A program made the translations under genes and the position numbers. 64,000 nt of DNA from an uncultured Pseudomonadota bacterium (GTDB lineage Bacteria > Babelota > Babeliae > Babelales > CAIQNR01), in NCBI GenBank assembly GCA_964433415.1, contig CAYSQM010000005.1:10449-74448 (forward strand). Reading direction: 5' to 3'. The notes under the pieces were generated by a model that searched no databases, had not been told where the DNA came from, and saw only the letters and a list, made by a program, of their open reading frames with translations. Shown here in pieces: positions 1 to 8,769 of the stretch; the stretch's first letter is position 1; each line of letters opens with the position of its first letter.

Positions 1-1
1 A

Positions 2-226
2 CATTCAACAGAAATGCGTGGATTTATTACGGTGCAAGATACTGAAACACAAGAGTATGCAGAGGTTGCTTTGCATGATAAAAAATTAAATTTATTTTTA
101 AAAACAGAACAGGTAAAAACAGCAGATCTCTTAAAGCGCTGTGGTGTTGATTTGTTGGATGTACCAGTAGATCAACCTTTTATTGGAGAAGTAGTACGAT
201 TTTTTAGACGACGTATGTCTTATTAA
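2..226 (+). CDS. 3' end of a gene entering from upstream of the window; C-terminus resembles DUF58-family (MoxR/Bat-operon associated) proteins
   Basis: The frame is open from base 2 to the TAA at 224-226; the track shows only the part after an internal Met at 14. A DUF4381-like membrane ORF, the usual DUF58 neighbour, follows 22 bp later. The family call is from memory of the pattern, not a search. Confidence 0.4.
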   Translation, partial: HSTEMRGFITVQDTETQEYAEVALHDKKLNLFLKTEQVKTADLLKRCGVDLLDVPVDQPFIGEVVRFFRRRMSY

Positions 227-248
227 ATAATTTTTAGGTAGTAATGTA

Positions 249-755
249 ATGAATGTTTCTGAAGGTAACCAATTAGAACTGCTTGATATTTATGATGTAT
301 GGTATAATCCATGGTGGCATCAAACATGGTTTATAGTAGCAAGTAGTCTTATTTTGGTAGGTTTTATTTTTCTTGGGTTTTATTTTATTTATAAAAAATT
401 TTTCGTGTCTATTGTTATTAAACAGCCATGGCAAAAATTACTTGATGAACTTAAAATCTTATCGACATCAGATTTTGATGATCAGAAAAAGTTCTACTCC
501 CGTCTAACTTCTGCATTAAAACAGTATATTCAAGAGAGCTATAGCTTGCAGCTTGTAGATAAGACTGACACTGAATTTATTGATGCTTTAGAGTATTGTC
601 CTACTATCCCAGCGCACGTTACTCAAGAACTTAAAACTATTTTTGATGGTGTTATGCTTATTAAATTTGCTCATCAAAAAACAGTGCATGAACATATGTC
701 TTCTTCGTTAAAAGCAGCAGAGGCTTTAGTTAAAGAGATACGGGATCAAAAATAA
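249..755 (+). CDS. small membrane protein, DUF4381-like (Bat/MoxR operon type)
   Basis: 168 aa. It has an N-terminal W-rich segment (YDVWYNPWWHQTWF) followed by one TM helix (IVASSLILVGFIFLGFYFIY) and then a soluble tail. It lies directly after the DUF58-like gene end. Confidence 0.45.
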   Translation: MNVSEGNQLELLDIYDVWYNPWWHQTWFIVASSLILVGFIFLGFYFIYKKFFVSIVIKQPWQKLLDELKILSTSDFDDQKKFYSRLTSALKQYIQESYSLQLVDKTDTEFIDALEYCPTIPAHVTQELKTIFDGVMLIKFAHQKTVHEHMSSSLKAAEALVKEIRDQK

Positions 756-1133
756 TTACTATTACTTCTCACCTTTAAGCATTTGTAGTGCTGCGCGTGA
801 TTACTTAGATCGTTTTGGGGTATTTTGTTGTTCTGATGCATTTAGATTGCTTAATAAACAAGCAATTAATAGCTGCTTATTGTATATTTTTTCATAACTT
901 AATCTTCAGTTTTTAAATTTATCGATACTTATTTTAATTATACAGATAGAATTAAAATAATAAACTGGAGGGAGTTTTGGCTTATTCTATGAAGAATAGA
1001 AGAATAAAAAAGATGCTTAAAGTGAAGAGTTGAGAGGAACTTATTTGCTCTCATTGTTTTAACTTGAATGGTCAGTATAAGTCGTGTATTATAAGTTCTT
1101 TCTGTCATTTAACGGTAATTTTGGAAGGATTGT

Positions 1134-2288
1134 GTGCGTTACAACGTTCAGGTTGATACCCGCTCACTATATATACATTGGCCTTTTTGCCCTTATAAGT
1201 GCCACTATTGTCCATTTGTGGCCATAGCTGGACATGATCAATTTATGAGTGATTATCATACATCTTTGATGGTTGAAATAGAAACATTTGCCAGTCAGGT
1301 ACCTAAAAAATTATCGTTAGATACTATTTATTTGGGCGGAGGTACGCCAAGTACTTGGCCTAATGAGCTACTACTTGACATGTTTGGTAGACTAAGAGCT
1401 ATCTTCTCTATGGAAGCGATCTCTGAAATTACTCTAGAAGCAAATCCAGGAACCGTTGAACCAGGAAAACTTGAAGTCTGGAAAGAAGCTGGTATTAATA
1501 GAATTAGTATTGGTGTGCAAAGTTTAAATGATGAAGTATTAGCTAATTTAAATAGGCATCAAAAAGTATCAGATGTTTATAAATTAATTCATAATGCGGC
1601 GCCACTTTTTAATAATCTTTCTATTGATCTTATTATTGGGTTACCAGGGGTAAGTGCACAGGAATGGAAAAAGATGGTTGTTGAAATATGTCACTGGCCG
1701 ATTACTCATATATCATTATATTTCCTTTCGATACATGAAGAGACACCTTTATATTTTAGAATTAAGAAAAAAGAAATTACTATTATTCCTGATGATGAAA
1801 TGGTAGATCTCTATTATTGGTCTGTAGAAACTTTAAATAAGTATGGACTAATGCAGTATGAAATTTCTAGTTTTGCACGTGCTGGTTATGAATCAAAACA
1901 TAATCAAGTCTATTGGGATAGAAAGCCGTATAAAGGATTTGGAATGGGAGCCTGTTCATTTGATGGGATTGGTCGGTTTCAAAATGAAAAAAATTTGTCT
2001 CGCTATTTAATTAATGCTCAAAAAGGTGAAGATCTAACCATTAGTGGCGATCAATTAACACAAGAAGAAGTGCGCCTTGAAAAATTAATGCTGGGATTGA
2101 GACGAAAAAATGGAGTGATAATGTCAGAAGTAATAGGTGAGTTACCTGCAGAAAAACAGGCGCTTTTTAAACAACGAGTTGCTGAACTTGAAAAAGGTTC
2201 ATTTGTTCGTTGTGATGGAGATAAACTCTATCTTATGCCAACTGCTCTTGCAATGGAAAATGAGATAGCTGTTACATTATCTGTGTAG
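1134..2288 (+). CDS. hemW: radical SAM HemN-like protein (heme chaperone HemW / oxygen-independent coproporphyrinogen oxidase family)
   Basis: 384 aa with a GTG start. It carries the CxxxCxxC radical-SAM cluster motif (FCPYKCHYCPF), a GGGTPS motif and a HemN C-terminal-like domain. Confidence 0.85.
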   Translation: MRYNVQVDTRSLYIHWPFCPYKCHYCPFVAIAGHDQFMSDYHTSLMVEIETFASQVPKKLSLDTIYLGGGTPSTWPNELLLDMFGRLRAIFSMEAISEITLEANPGTVEPGKLEVWKEAGINRISIGVQSLNDEVLANLNRHQKVSDVYKLIHNAAPLFNNLSIDLIIGLPGVSAQEWKKMVVEICHWPITHISLYFLSIHEETPLYFRIKKKEITIIPDDEMVDLYYWSVETLNKYGLMQYEISSFARAGYESKHNQVYWDRKPYKGFGMGACSFDGIGRFQNEKNLSRYLINAQKGEDLTISGDQLTQEEVRLEKLMLGLRRKNGVIMSEVIGELPAEKQALFKQRVAELEKGSFVRCDGDKLYLMPTALAMENEIAVTLSV

Positions 2289-2342
2289 ATAAGTAAGTAA
2301 AAATAATTAATTTAATGAATATTTCATGGAGATAAAAAAATT

Positions 2343-2804
2343 ATGGCTAAACATGTTGGCGTTAAGTTACCAGAAGATTTAGTAAATATTCTTAAAGCAG
2401 GAAAAACTGTTGGCGTTTTGGCAACCTTTTCAGAAAAAGGATTACCACATACAACACCTATTCAGTGTATCTATCCAAAGGGACTTGAAAGTATTTTAAT
2501 TTCTATTCATAAAGATCATACTGGCTATCATAATATGGTATGGCAAAAAAAAGTTATGATCTGTTTTCTGGATGAAGGTAATGTTGCATACAGTGTTCTT
2601 GGCCGTGCTGGTGTTGTTCGTGCACCTTCAAATGTTCATCCATTGATCAATGTTGTGCGTATTGATATTATCGATATTAAAAGTGATAGATCGGTCCTTA
2701 GTCGTGTAGAATCTGGTGTGCGCTGGAGTTATACTTCATGGGAAGCTGAAGAGCTGTCGAAAAGTTTATTAAATGAGTTGAAAGAGCTTGCTCAGACGCT
2801 CTAA
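2343..2804 (+). CDS. pyridoxamine 5'-phosphate oxidase-like (FMN-binding split-barrel) family protein
   Basis: 153 aa. The pattern VGVLATFSEKGLPHTTPI ... VMICFLDEGN ... VLGRAGVV resembles the PNPOx-like fold signature. A GGAG-type RBS lies upstream. Confidence 0.45.
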   Translation: MAKHVGVKLPEDLVNILKAGKTVGVLATFSEKGLPHTTPIQCIYPKGLESILISIHKDHTGYHNMVWQKKVMICFLDEGNVAYSVLGRAGVVRAPSNVHPLINVVRIDIIDIKSDRSVLSRVESGVRWSYTSWEAEELSKSLLNELKELAQTL

Positions 2805-2828
2805 TTAATGTGCGGGGAGTTTTTAATA

Positions 2829-4385
2829 ATGAAGAAGCAAACAAGTTTATTTTTGACAATAATTAGTCTGTGGGGTATCCAGGTACAACTAATGGTTGCT
2901 CCACCAGCTGATTTTTCTACATCAGCTGAGCGCAATAATACCTCTCTTAAAACATCTGAAAATAATCAAGGTCCTCGATCAGAAGGGGAACATTCTTCTT
3001 TTGGGCAACGTGTAAAACCAGCAAAAGAAACTGCTGAAGAAATTAACGAAGAAGCTTCAGAGCAGGTAATACAAGTTGATAAAAAATCACATCATTCAGT
3101 GACCAGTGGTATTGATTTTGATGATAAAGAAGAAGCGGAAAATCTAGGTGTTATTGATACAAGCGACTCAACTTCTGGCGGTAATTGGCTACTTAAACGT
3201 ATTTGGGGTGAAAAAACGGAAGATGTTTTTAGCCAAATTAAAGATGCAGTTAAGAAAATAATGGAAATGCGTATAGCATTTTTTAATGAGCGAAATGATA
3301 TTGATAAAAAATTTGATCAATTTTATCAACAACTTGGATTTGAGCAAGGCTCATTTGAAGATATTTTAAATTTTGCACTTGAAGTCTATGATAAAGCAAA
3401 ACAAAATGGTCTTTCTGAAAAAGAAAGAATTTTTTACCAAGCTATTCAAGAAAAACAATCAAAGATTGAGCAATTAAAAAAAGATGTTGAAGCGATTATT
3501 GTTCTTGATGGAAAAATTAATGACGCGCTTGATGTTTTATTAAAGCAAATTGATTTGTCTAATAAATATGAAGATCAGGCTTGGGAAAATTTTCGAGATA
3601 TTTTACGTGAATTGAATGATAAAGAAGCGCGTATTAAATATTACGAAACGAAAGGCATTTTAGATGATGTTAATAAAATAGCTCTTTATTTGTCTGGCCC
3701 ATTTAGTCAATATTTTTCTCAATCAACACAAAGCGCAAAAGAACATATGAAAAATATTTTATCTCAAACTGATCTTTTGAAAAAAGATGGTGTTGATTTA
3801 AAAAAAGAAGCTAATTTATTAGAGAAAGAAGATGAAGAAGCTACTCAAAAAGCATTTCAGGAAAAAGTAGAAGAACAAAAAGAACAAAAAGAAAAAGCAA
3901 TGGCAGCAAAGAATAAGCCAGTCATTGTTGAAAAAGAGGCTTGGTGGTCTGTGGTTCCAAATTTTTTTGTAACTCTTTATAAAAAAAGTATTGAAGGCGT
4001 TATGAGTCTTTTTGGTGGTAATAAGAAAGCTGTACAAATAAAATCAATAGAAAAAAAAGAGCAGGCTAGAGATCAGTTAAAAGTAGTAAAAAAAGAGACT
4101 AGTTTTAAGCGAACTTTTGGCGGTTGGTTGAATAAAAGTGCTGAGTTTTTTGTGTCAATGTATCATAGAATTATTGATATATTCATGAATTTTTTTGGTG
4201 GAAATAAAAAAACTGATACAGCAAAATTTATGCCAAAAAAAATAGTAGAAATGCAAACTCATCAACCTTCTATGCCTGAAAAAGAGATGGAACAAAAGAT
4301 GCAGTCAAAGATTGTGAAACATGCAATTGAAGATGAAAGTATGCAGCAAAGTGCGCATATAACTACAGAAGCAATAAAGCATTAA
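2829..4385 (+). CDS. hypothetical secreted coiled-coil protein with an internal C-terminal repeat
   Basis: The preferred start is ATG 2829 (MKKQTSLFLTIISLW..., preceded by GGGGAG) rather than the track start at 2808. It has a signal-peptide-like N-terminus and a K/E-rich helical body. The motif FFV(T/S)xY...FGGNKK occurs twice. Confidence 0.6.
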   Translation: MKKQTSLFLTIISLWGIQVQLMVAPPADFSTSAERNNTSLKTSENNQGPRSEGEHSSFGQRVKPAKETAEEINEEASEQVIQVDKKSHHSVTSGIDFDDKEEAENLGVIDTSDSTSGGNWLLKRIWGEKTEDVFSQIKDAVKKIMEMRIAFFNERNDIDKKFDQFYQQLGFEQGSFEDILNFALEVYDKAKQNGLSEKERIFYQAIQEKQSKIEQLKKDVEAIIVLDGKINDALDVLLKQIDLSNKYEDQAWENFRDILRELNDKEARIKYYETKGILDDVNKIALYLSGPFSQYFSQSTQSAKEHMKNILSQTDLLKKDGVDLKKEANLLEKEDEEATQKAFQEKVEEQKEQKEKAMAAKNKPVIVEKEAWWSVVPNFFVTLYKKSIEGVMSLFGGNKKAVQIKSIEKKEQARDQLKVVKKETSFKRTFGGWLNKSAEFFVSMYHRIIDIFMNFFGGNKKTDTAKFMPKKIVEMQTHQPSMPEKEMEQKMQSKIVKHAIEDESMQQSAHITTEAIKH

Positions 4386-4473
4386 AAAATAAATAGTTTT
4401 AAAAAGCTATAGTTTGCGTTTGATAAGCGTTTAAAAATCTGATAAAGTGACGTTCGAGATGTAGTTAAGAATG

Positions 4474-4559
4474 GCCGAAGTGGTGAAATGGCAGACACAC
4501 AGCCTTGAGGTGGCTGCGGGAGAAATCCTGTGGGGGTTCGAGTCCCTCCTTCGGCACCA
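4474..4559 (+). tRNA. tRNA-Leu (anticodon GAG), class II with long variable arm, CCA encoded
   Basis: The acceptor GCCGAAG pairs with CTTCGGC. The anticodon stem CAGCC/GGCTG encloses the loop TTGAGGT. A long variable arm (CGGGAGAAATCCTGTG) and the T-loop GGTTCGAGTCC are present, and it ends in ACCA. Confidence 0.9.
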
Positions 4560-4601
4560 AATCTTTTAATGAAGAATAATCAATATCTTTGGGAGAAGTT
4601 T

Positions 4602-6167
4602 ATGATAAGTCTAACATCGCGTCGCGGTGGTTCAATAATTGGTCTTTTGGGATGGATAGCATTTGCTGCTATTGGTACTTATATTGTGTGGCCCCTTAAG
4701 GATCGTCCTCGTAGAGGGATAGATTTAGTTGGCGGTTATTATATTACTTTAAAAGTTAATATAGATGCAGCAGTTAAAGCTGAATTAACTGAAATTATGC
4801 AAGATAATTTAAAGCAACTCTCTGAAGCTGGTTTAGCTGATAATGTTTCTTCTAAAATTGTTGATAATTCATTGATATTTTCTTTTAAAGATTCAGTTGA
4901 TGCAATTGCTGCAGTTGACTTATTAAAATCACGTAGATTATCATTAAAAATAACACAAGAAGCAGATTCAGTTACTTTAGAAATGCAAGCTCCTGAAATG
5001 ATTGCATTAAAAGAGCGTGCGGTAAATGGTAATGTTGAAATTTTGAGAAAAAGATTGAATAGTTTGGGTGTTGCAGAAATTCCGGTATCTCGTCAAGGTG
5101 AAGTAAATATTAGTATTGAATTGCCAGCAGTAGAAGATTCAGCGGCTGCAAAAAAAATGATTGGGACTACTTCTCATTTAGAAATTAAGGCAGTAGAAGC
5201 AGTTGGCGCTACAGAAGATGATCTTCTTGATAAATATGATGGCGTACTTCCTGAAGGAATGATTATTATTCCTAGTGAACGTGAACGAGATGAAAAACGT
5301 TCGCTTTATTATTTGGTGCCAGATTATACAGATTTAACCGGTAAAGATCTGAGAAATGCTTTTGATGGTCTTGGTGGGCAAGCAGGGGCAGAGCCTGTTG
5401 TAAATTTTGAATTTAGTAGTGAAGGTGGTGATAAATTTTATGATTTAACTACTAAAGCTACTGGTAAGCAAGTTGCTATTATTATTGATGGTAAAGTGAT
5501 TTGTGCACCAAGAGTTGCTGCTCCATTAAGAACAAATGGTTATATTCATGGGAATTTTGATCAGGCTTCTGCGCAAAGTCTTGCAACCATGTTGCGCTCA
5601 GGTGCATTTGTTGCTCCAGTGACTTTTGAAGAAGAGCGTCGTATTGGGCCTTCATTGGGTGCTGAGTCGATTCAAAAAGGTGTGTTTGCGTGCCTTATTG
5701 GCTTGCTAGCATTGTTTTTATTTAGTATTATTATTTATAAGGTTTCTGGGTTATTTGCATTTATCGCATTGTTGTATAATTTATTACTTATTCTTTTTGC
5801 AATGTACTGGATTAATGCAACGTTAACACTTCCTGGTATTGCTGGATTAGTATTAACACTTGGTATGGCAATAGATTCTTCTGTATTAATTTACGAACGA
5901 ATTCGTGAAAGTTTAGCAGAGGGTGTAACCTTTAAAAAAGCAGTTGATATAGGTTTTTCAGATGCAATGACTGTTATTCTTGATGGGAATATTACAACGT
6001 TCTTAGCAGGTGTAGTGTTATATAAATTTGGAACAGGTCCTATACAAGGATTTGCAGTTACTTTAATGTTAGGTATAATAGCAACATTAGTGACTGGTCT
6101 TTTCTTTTTGAGATCATTGTTTAATGCAGCCTTTGTATTGTTTAAGGTTGATAAAATAAGTATTTAA
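4602..6167 (+). CDS. secD: protein translocase subunit SecD
   Basis: The start is moved to ATG 4602 (RBS GGGAGAAG) because the track ORF start at 4530 lies inside tRNA-Leu. It has an N-terminal TM, a large periplasmic domain and C-terminal 5-6 TM helices with SecD/RND-like motifs (GPSLG, LPGIAGLVLTLGMAIDSSVLIYERIRE). No secF is adjacent. Confidence 0.85.
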   Translation: MISLTSRRGGSIIGLLGWIAFAAIGTYIVWPLKDRPRRGIDLVGGYYITLKVNIDAAVKAELTEIMQDNLKQLSEAGLADNVSSKIVDNSLIFSFKDSVDAIAAVDLLKSRRLSLKITQEADSVTLEMQAPEMIALKERAVNGNVEILRKRLNSLGVAEIPVSRQGEVNISIELPAVEDSAAAKKMIGTTSHLEIKAVEAVGATEDDLLDKYDGVLPEGMIIIPSERERDEKRSLYYLVPDYTDLTGKDLRNAFDGLGGQAGAEPVVNFEFSSEGGDKFYDLTTKATGKQVAIIIDGKVICAPRVAAPLRTNGYIHGNFDQASAQSLATMLRSGAFVAPVTFEEERRIGPSLGAESIQKGVFACLIGLLALFLFSIIIYKVSGLFAFIALLYNLLLILFAMYWINATLTLPGIAGLVLTLGMAIDSSVLIYERIRESLAEGVTFKKAVDIGFSDAMTVILDGNITTFLAGVVLYKFGTGPIQGFAVTLMLGIIATLVTGLFFLRSLFNAAFVLFKVDKISI

Positions 6168-6178
6168 AATTTGGTTGA

Positions 6179-6255
6179 GGCGACGTAGCTCAGGTGGTTA
6201 GAGCAGCGGAATCATAATCCGAAGGTCCGGGGTTCAAGTCCCTGCGTCGCTACCA
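6179..6255 (+). tRNA. tRNA with CAU anticodon (elongator Met, or Ile2 if lysidinylated); not initiator-like
   Basis: The acceptor GGCGACG pairs with CGTCGCT. The anticodon loop is ATCATAA, the T-loop is GGTTCAAGTCC, and CCA is encoded. It lacks the three G-C pairs in the anticodon stem that are typical of initiator tRNA. Confidence 0.85.
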
Positions 6256-6295
6256 TATATTCAACAGCATAAGGTTAAAGTAGGAGGTATTTGTT

Positions 6296-6865
6296 ATGAT
6301 AACAGTTTCTCTTTTTTTAACTATCATGCGATTAATTTTTTCACTTACGCTTCTTCCGTATTTTCTTATTTCTTTTATGCCTGGTGCTGATTATTTAACG
6401 GCAAAATTATTAGTTCTTTTTGTAGGATTACTTTGTTTAACCGATTTTTTTGATGGGTACTGTGCACGTCTTTGGCATCAAGAATCAAAAATTGGTGAAA
6501 TTCTTGATCCTTTAGCAGACAAAGCTTTGGTAATTGTGACCTTATTGATTTTTGTTTATCTTGATAAAATCTTGTGGTACTGGGCTTTAATTTTAATTGC
6601 AAGAGAAATACTAGTAACAGTATTACGTTATCTATTAAAAAAATTGGGTAAGAATCTGCCAGTTTCTTCTGGCGGTAAATTTAAATCAACCATGCAATAT
6701 ATTTATATTTGCATGGTTATTGGTAAACCATATAGTTTTGGCAATAGTTACTTAATAAGTATAGAGCAGACTTTAGAACAGATGGTTTTAATGGGTGCTG
6801 TTACTCTCTCATTAGTTTCATTATTGCACTATGGTAGTCTTTATGTTCGCCGAATAAATAAATAA
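6296..6865 (+). CDS. pgsA: CDP-alcohol phosphatidyltransferase (phosphatidylglycerophosphate synthase-like)
   Basis: 189 aa, multi-TM. It carries the signature DGx2ARx8Gx3Dx3D (DFFDGYCARLWHQESKIGEILDPLADK). Confidence 0.8.
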   Translation: MITVSLFLTIMRLIFSLTLLPYFLISFMPGADYLTAKLLVLFVGLLCLTDFFDGYCARLWHQESKIGEILDPLADKALVIVTLLIFVYLDKILWYWALILIAREILVTVLRYLLKKLGKNLPVSSGGKFKSTMQYIYICMVIGKPYSFGNSYLISIEQTLEQMVLMGAVTLSLVSLLHYGSLYVRRINK

Positions 6866-6915
6866 AAAAATCTATAAAAAATAATTGGAAATAATTATAA
6901 AAAAAAGAGAGCTAT

Positions 6916-8655
6916 ATGAAGTTTAAAGAAGTTGCAATTGTTTTTGATGAGATAGAAAAAGAAAGTTCACGAACTTTAATTACAGAAAAACTTGCTTATC
7001 TTTTTCAAAATGCAACAGTTTCGCAAGCTTCTCATCTAGCTTATCTTTGCCTTGGAGAACTTAATCCACCATATATTGGCACACAGTTTGGCATTGCGAA
7101 AAAAAATATGCTTAAAATTGTTGCACGCTTAGTTAATCAACCAGAATTAGTTATAGAAGAGTTGATAGTTAAAACTGGAGATGTTGGATCGGTAGTACTT
7201 TATTACCCTTGGAAAACTGATAATTCACTTACATTAAGTGAAGTTTTTGACACATTAAGTATCCTTGAAAAGTTTGAAGGTACTGGCTCACAAGAACAAA
7301 AATCAGAATTTCTTTATACTTTTTTATTAAAATTGGATCCTATTTCTGCTAAATATGTCATTCGTATTGTTATGGGTACTTTACGCCTTGGTTTTTCTGA
7401 TATGACAATGATTGATGCATTTTCATGGATGTTAACTGGTGATAAATCATTAAAAAAACATTTAGAAGATGCCTATAATATATGTGCTGATGTAGGGCTT
7501 ATTATTCAAACACTTAAAGAATTGGGTATTGATTCCATTAAGGCAATGAATATTCATGTTGGTATTCCTGTTAGGCCATCAGCAGCTGAACGTTTACCAG
7601 AAGCGCAAGCAATCATTGATAAAATTGGTGATTGTGTTGCGCAGCCAAAAATAGATGGATTTCGTGTGCAAGTGCATGTAGATAAAACTAATGATCAAGA
7701 AGTTATTCGTTTCTTTTCGCGTAATTTACTTGATATGTCAGCCATGTTTCCAGAGTTGGTTGAGGTATGTAAAGCATTGCCAATAGATTCGATTATTCTT
7801 GATGGTGAAGCAATGGTCTATGATCCAAATACTGAACAATTTATGCCATTTCAAGAAACAGTAAAACGACGAAGAAAACATGAAATTGATAAAACTGCAA
7901 CAGAATTACCTTTAACATTACATGTTTTTGATCTCTTATATTTAAATGGTCAAAGTTGTTTAGATAAGCCTCATTCAGTCCGTAGAGCTTTATTAAAAGA
8001 TCTTTTAGATAAAGTGAATAGTAAATCAATTAGATTAATTGATGAAATTAAAGTGACTACTGCAGAAGATCTTCTTGTTTATTTTGATCAAGAAATTGCA
8101 GCAGGGTTGGAAGGTGTTGTAGTAAAGCGTCCAGACGCACATTATCAACCAGGTAAACGTAATTTCAATTGGATAAAATTAAAGTATCAAGCTTCTCAGA
8201 AATTAGAAGATACGCTTGATGTAGTAATTTTAGGATATTATAGTGGTCAAGGTAAACGGGCAAAATTTGGAATAGGTGCTTTATTAGTCGGTTGTTATGA
8301 TCTGCATAATGATTGTTTTGAAACCATAGCAAAAATTGGCACCGGTTTTACAGATCTTGAATGGGTAGAAGTAAAAAGACGTTGCGATGAAATAAAGGTT
8401 CTAGAAAAACCATATAATATAGTTTGCGATAAAAGTTTAACCCCATCAGTTTGGGTTAATCCAGAGATAGTGTGTGAAGTGTTGGCAGATGAAATTACTA
8501 TTTCTCCAGTTCATTCTGTTGGTAAGGCAAAAGGAGCTCATTTTGGGCTTGCGCTTAGATTCCCTCGTTTTTTAAGGTATCGTTTAGATAAATCAGCTTA
8601 TCAAACGACTTCTGTTGAAGAGCTTAAAAAAATACAAAAAATTTCAATAGTTTAA
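6916..8655 (+). CDS. lig: ATP-dependent DNA ligase, three-domain Lig1/archaeal type
   Basis: 579 aa. Motif I is KIDGFR, motif III LDGEAMV, motif IV FDLLYLNG, motif V EGVVVKR and motif VI LRFPRFLRYRLDK. An N-terminal DNA-binding domain of about 230 aa precedes them. Confidence 0.9.
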   Translation: MKFKEVAIVFDEIEKESSRTLITEKLAYLFQNATVSQASHLAYLCLGELNPPYIGTQFGIAKKNMLKIVARLVNQPELVIEELIVKTGDVGSVVLYYPWKTDNSLTLSEVFDTLSILEKFEGTGSQEQKSEFLYTFLLKLDPISAKYVIRIVMGTLRLGFSDMTMIDAFSWMLTGDKSLKKHLEDAYNICADVGLIIQTLKELGIDSIKAMNIHVGIPVRPSAAERLPEAQAIIDKIGDCVAQPKIDGFRVQVHVDKTNDQEVIRFFSRNLLDMSAMFPELVEVCKALPIDSIILDGEAMVYDPNTEQFMPFQETVKRRRKHEIDKTATELPLTLHVFDLLYLNGQSCLDKPHSVRRALLKDLLDKVNSKSIRLIDEIKVTTAEDLLVYFDQEIAAGLEGVVVKRPDAHYQPGKRNFNWIKLKYQASQKLEDTLDVVILGYYSGQGKRAKFGIGALLVGCYDLHNDCFETIAKIGTGFTDLEWVEVKRRCDEIKVLEKPYNIVCDKSLTPSVWVNPEIVCEVLADEITISPVHSVGKAKGAHFGLALRFPRFLRYRLDKSAYQTTSVEELKKIQKISIV

Positions 8656-8769
8656 AAATTGCAGTATTGAATTAATGTTGTAAGTTGACTAAGCTTTAGT
8701 TTCTACTAGAATACAATATAAATCTAAATTTGTATCTGTTTATAATTATAAAATATTTTACGAAAAATT

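Noticed and set aside
989-1033. 14-codon ORF (MKNRRIKKMLKVKS) in the 380-bp gap upstream of hemW, followed by the hairpin TGAGAG...CTCTCA
   Set aside because: The RBS spacing is poor (about 18 nt) and it is too short to evaluate. It may be a leader peptide or nothing.
4530-4601. N-terminal 24 codons of the track ORF for SecD (MGVRVPPSAPNLLMKNNQYLWEKF)
   Set aside because: These codons overlap the 3' half of tRNA-Leu (4474-4559). A better start (ATG 4602 with GGGAGAAG upstream) gives a normal SecD N-terminus.
4602-6167. secD without adjacent secF as a possible anomaly
   Set aside because: secF can be encoded elsewhere. Absence from this window alone is not evidence of loss.
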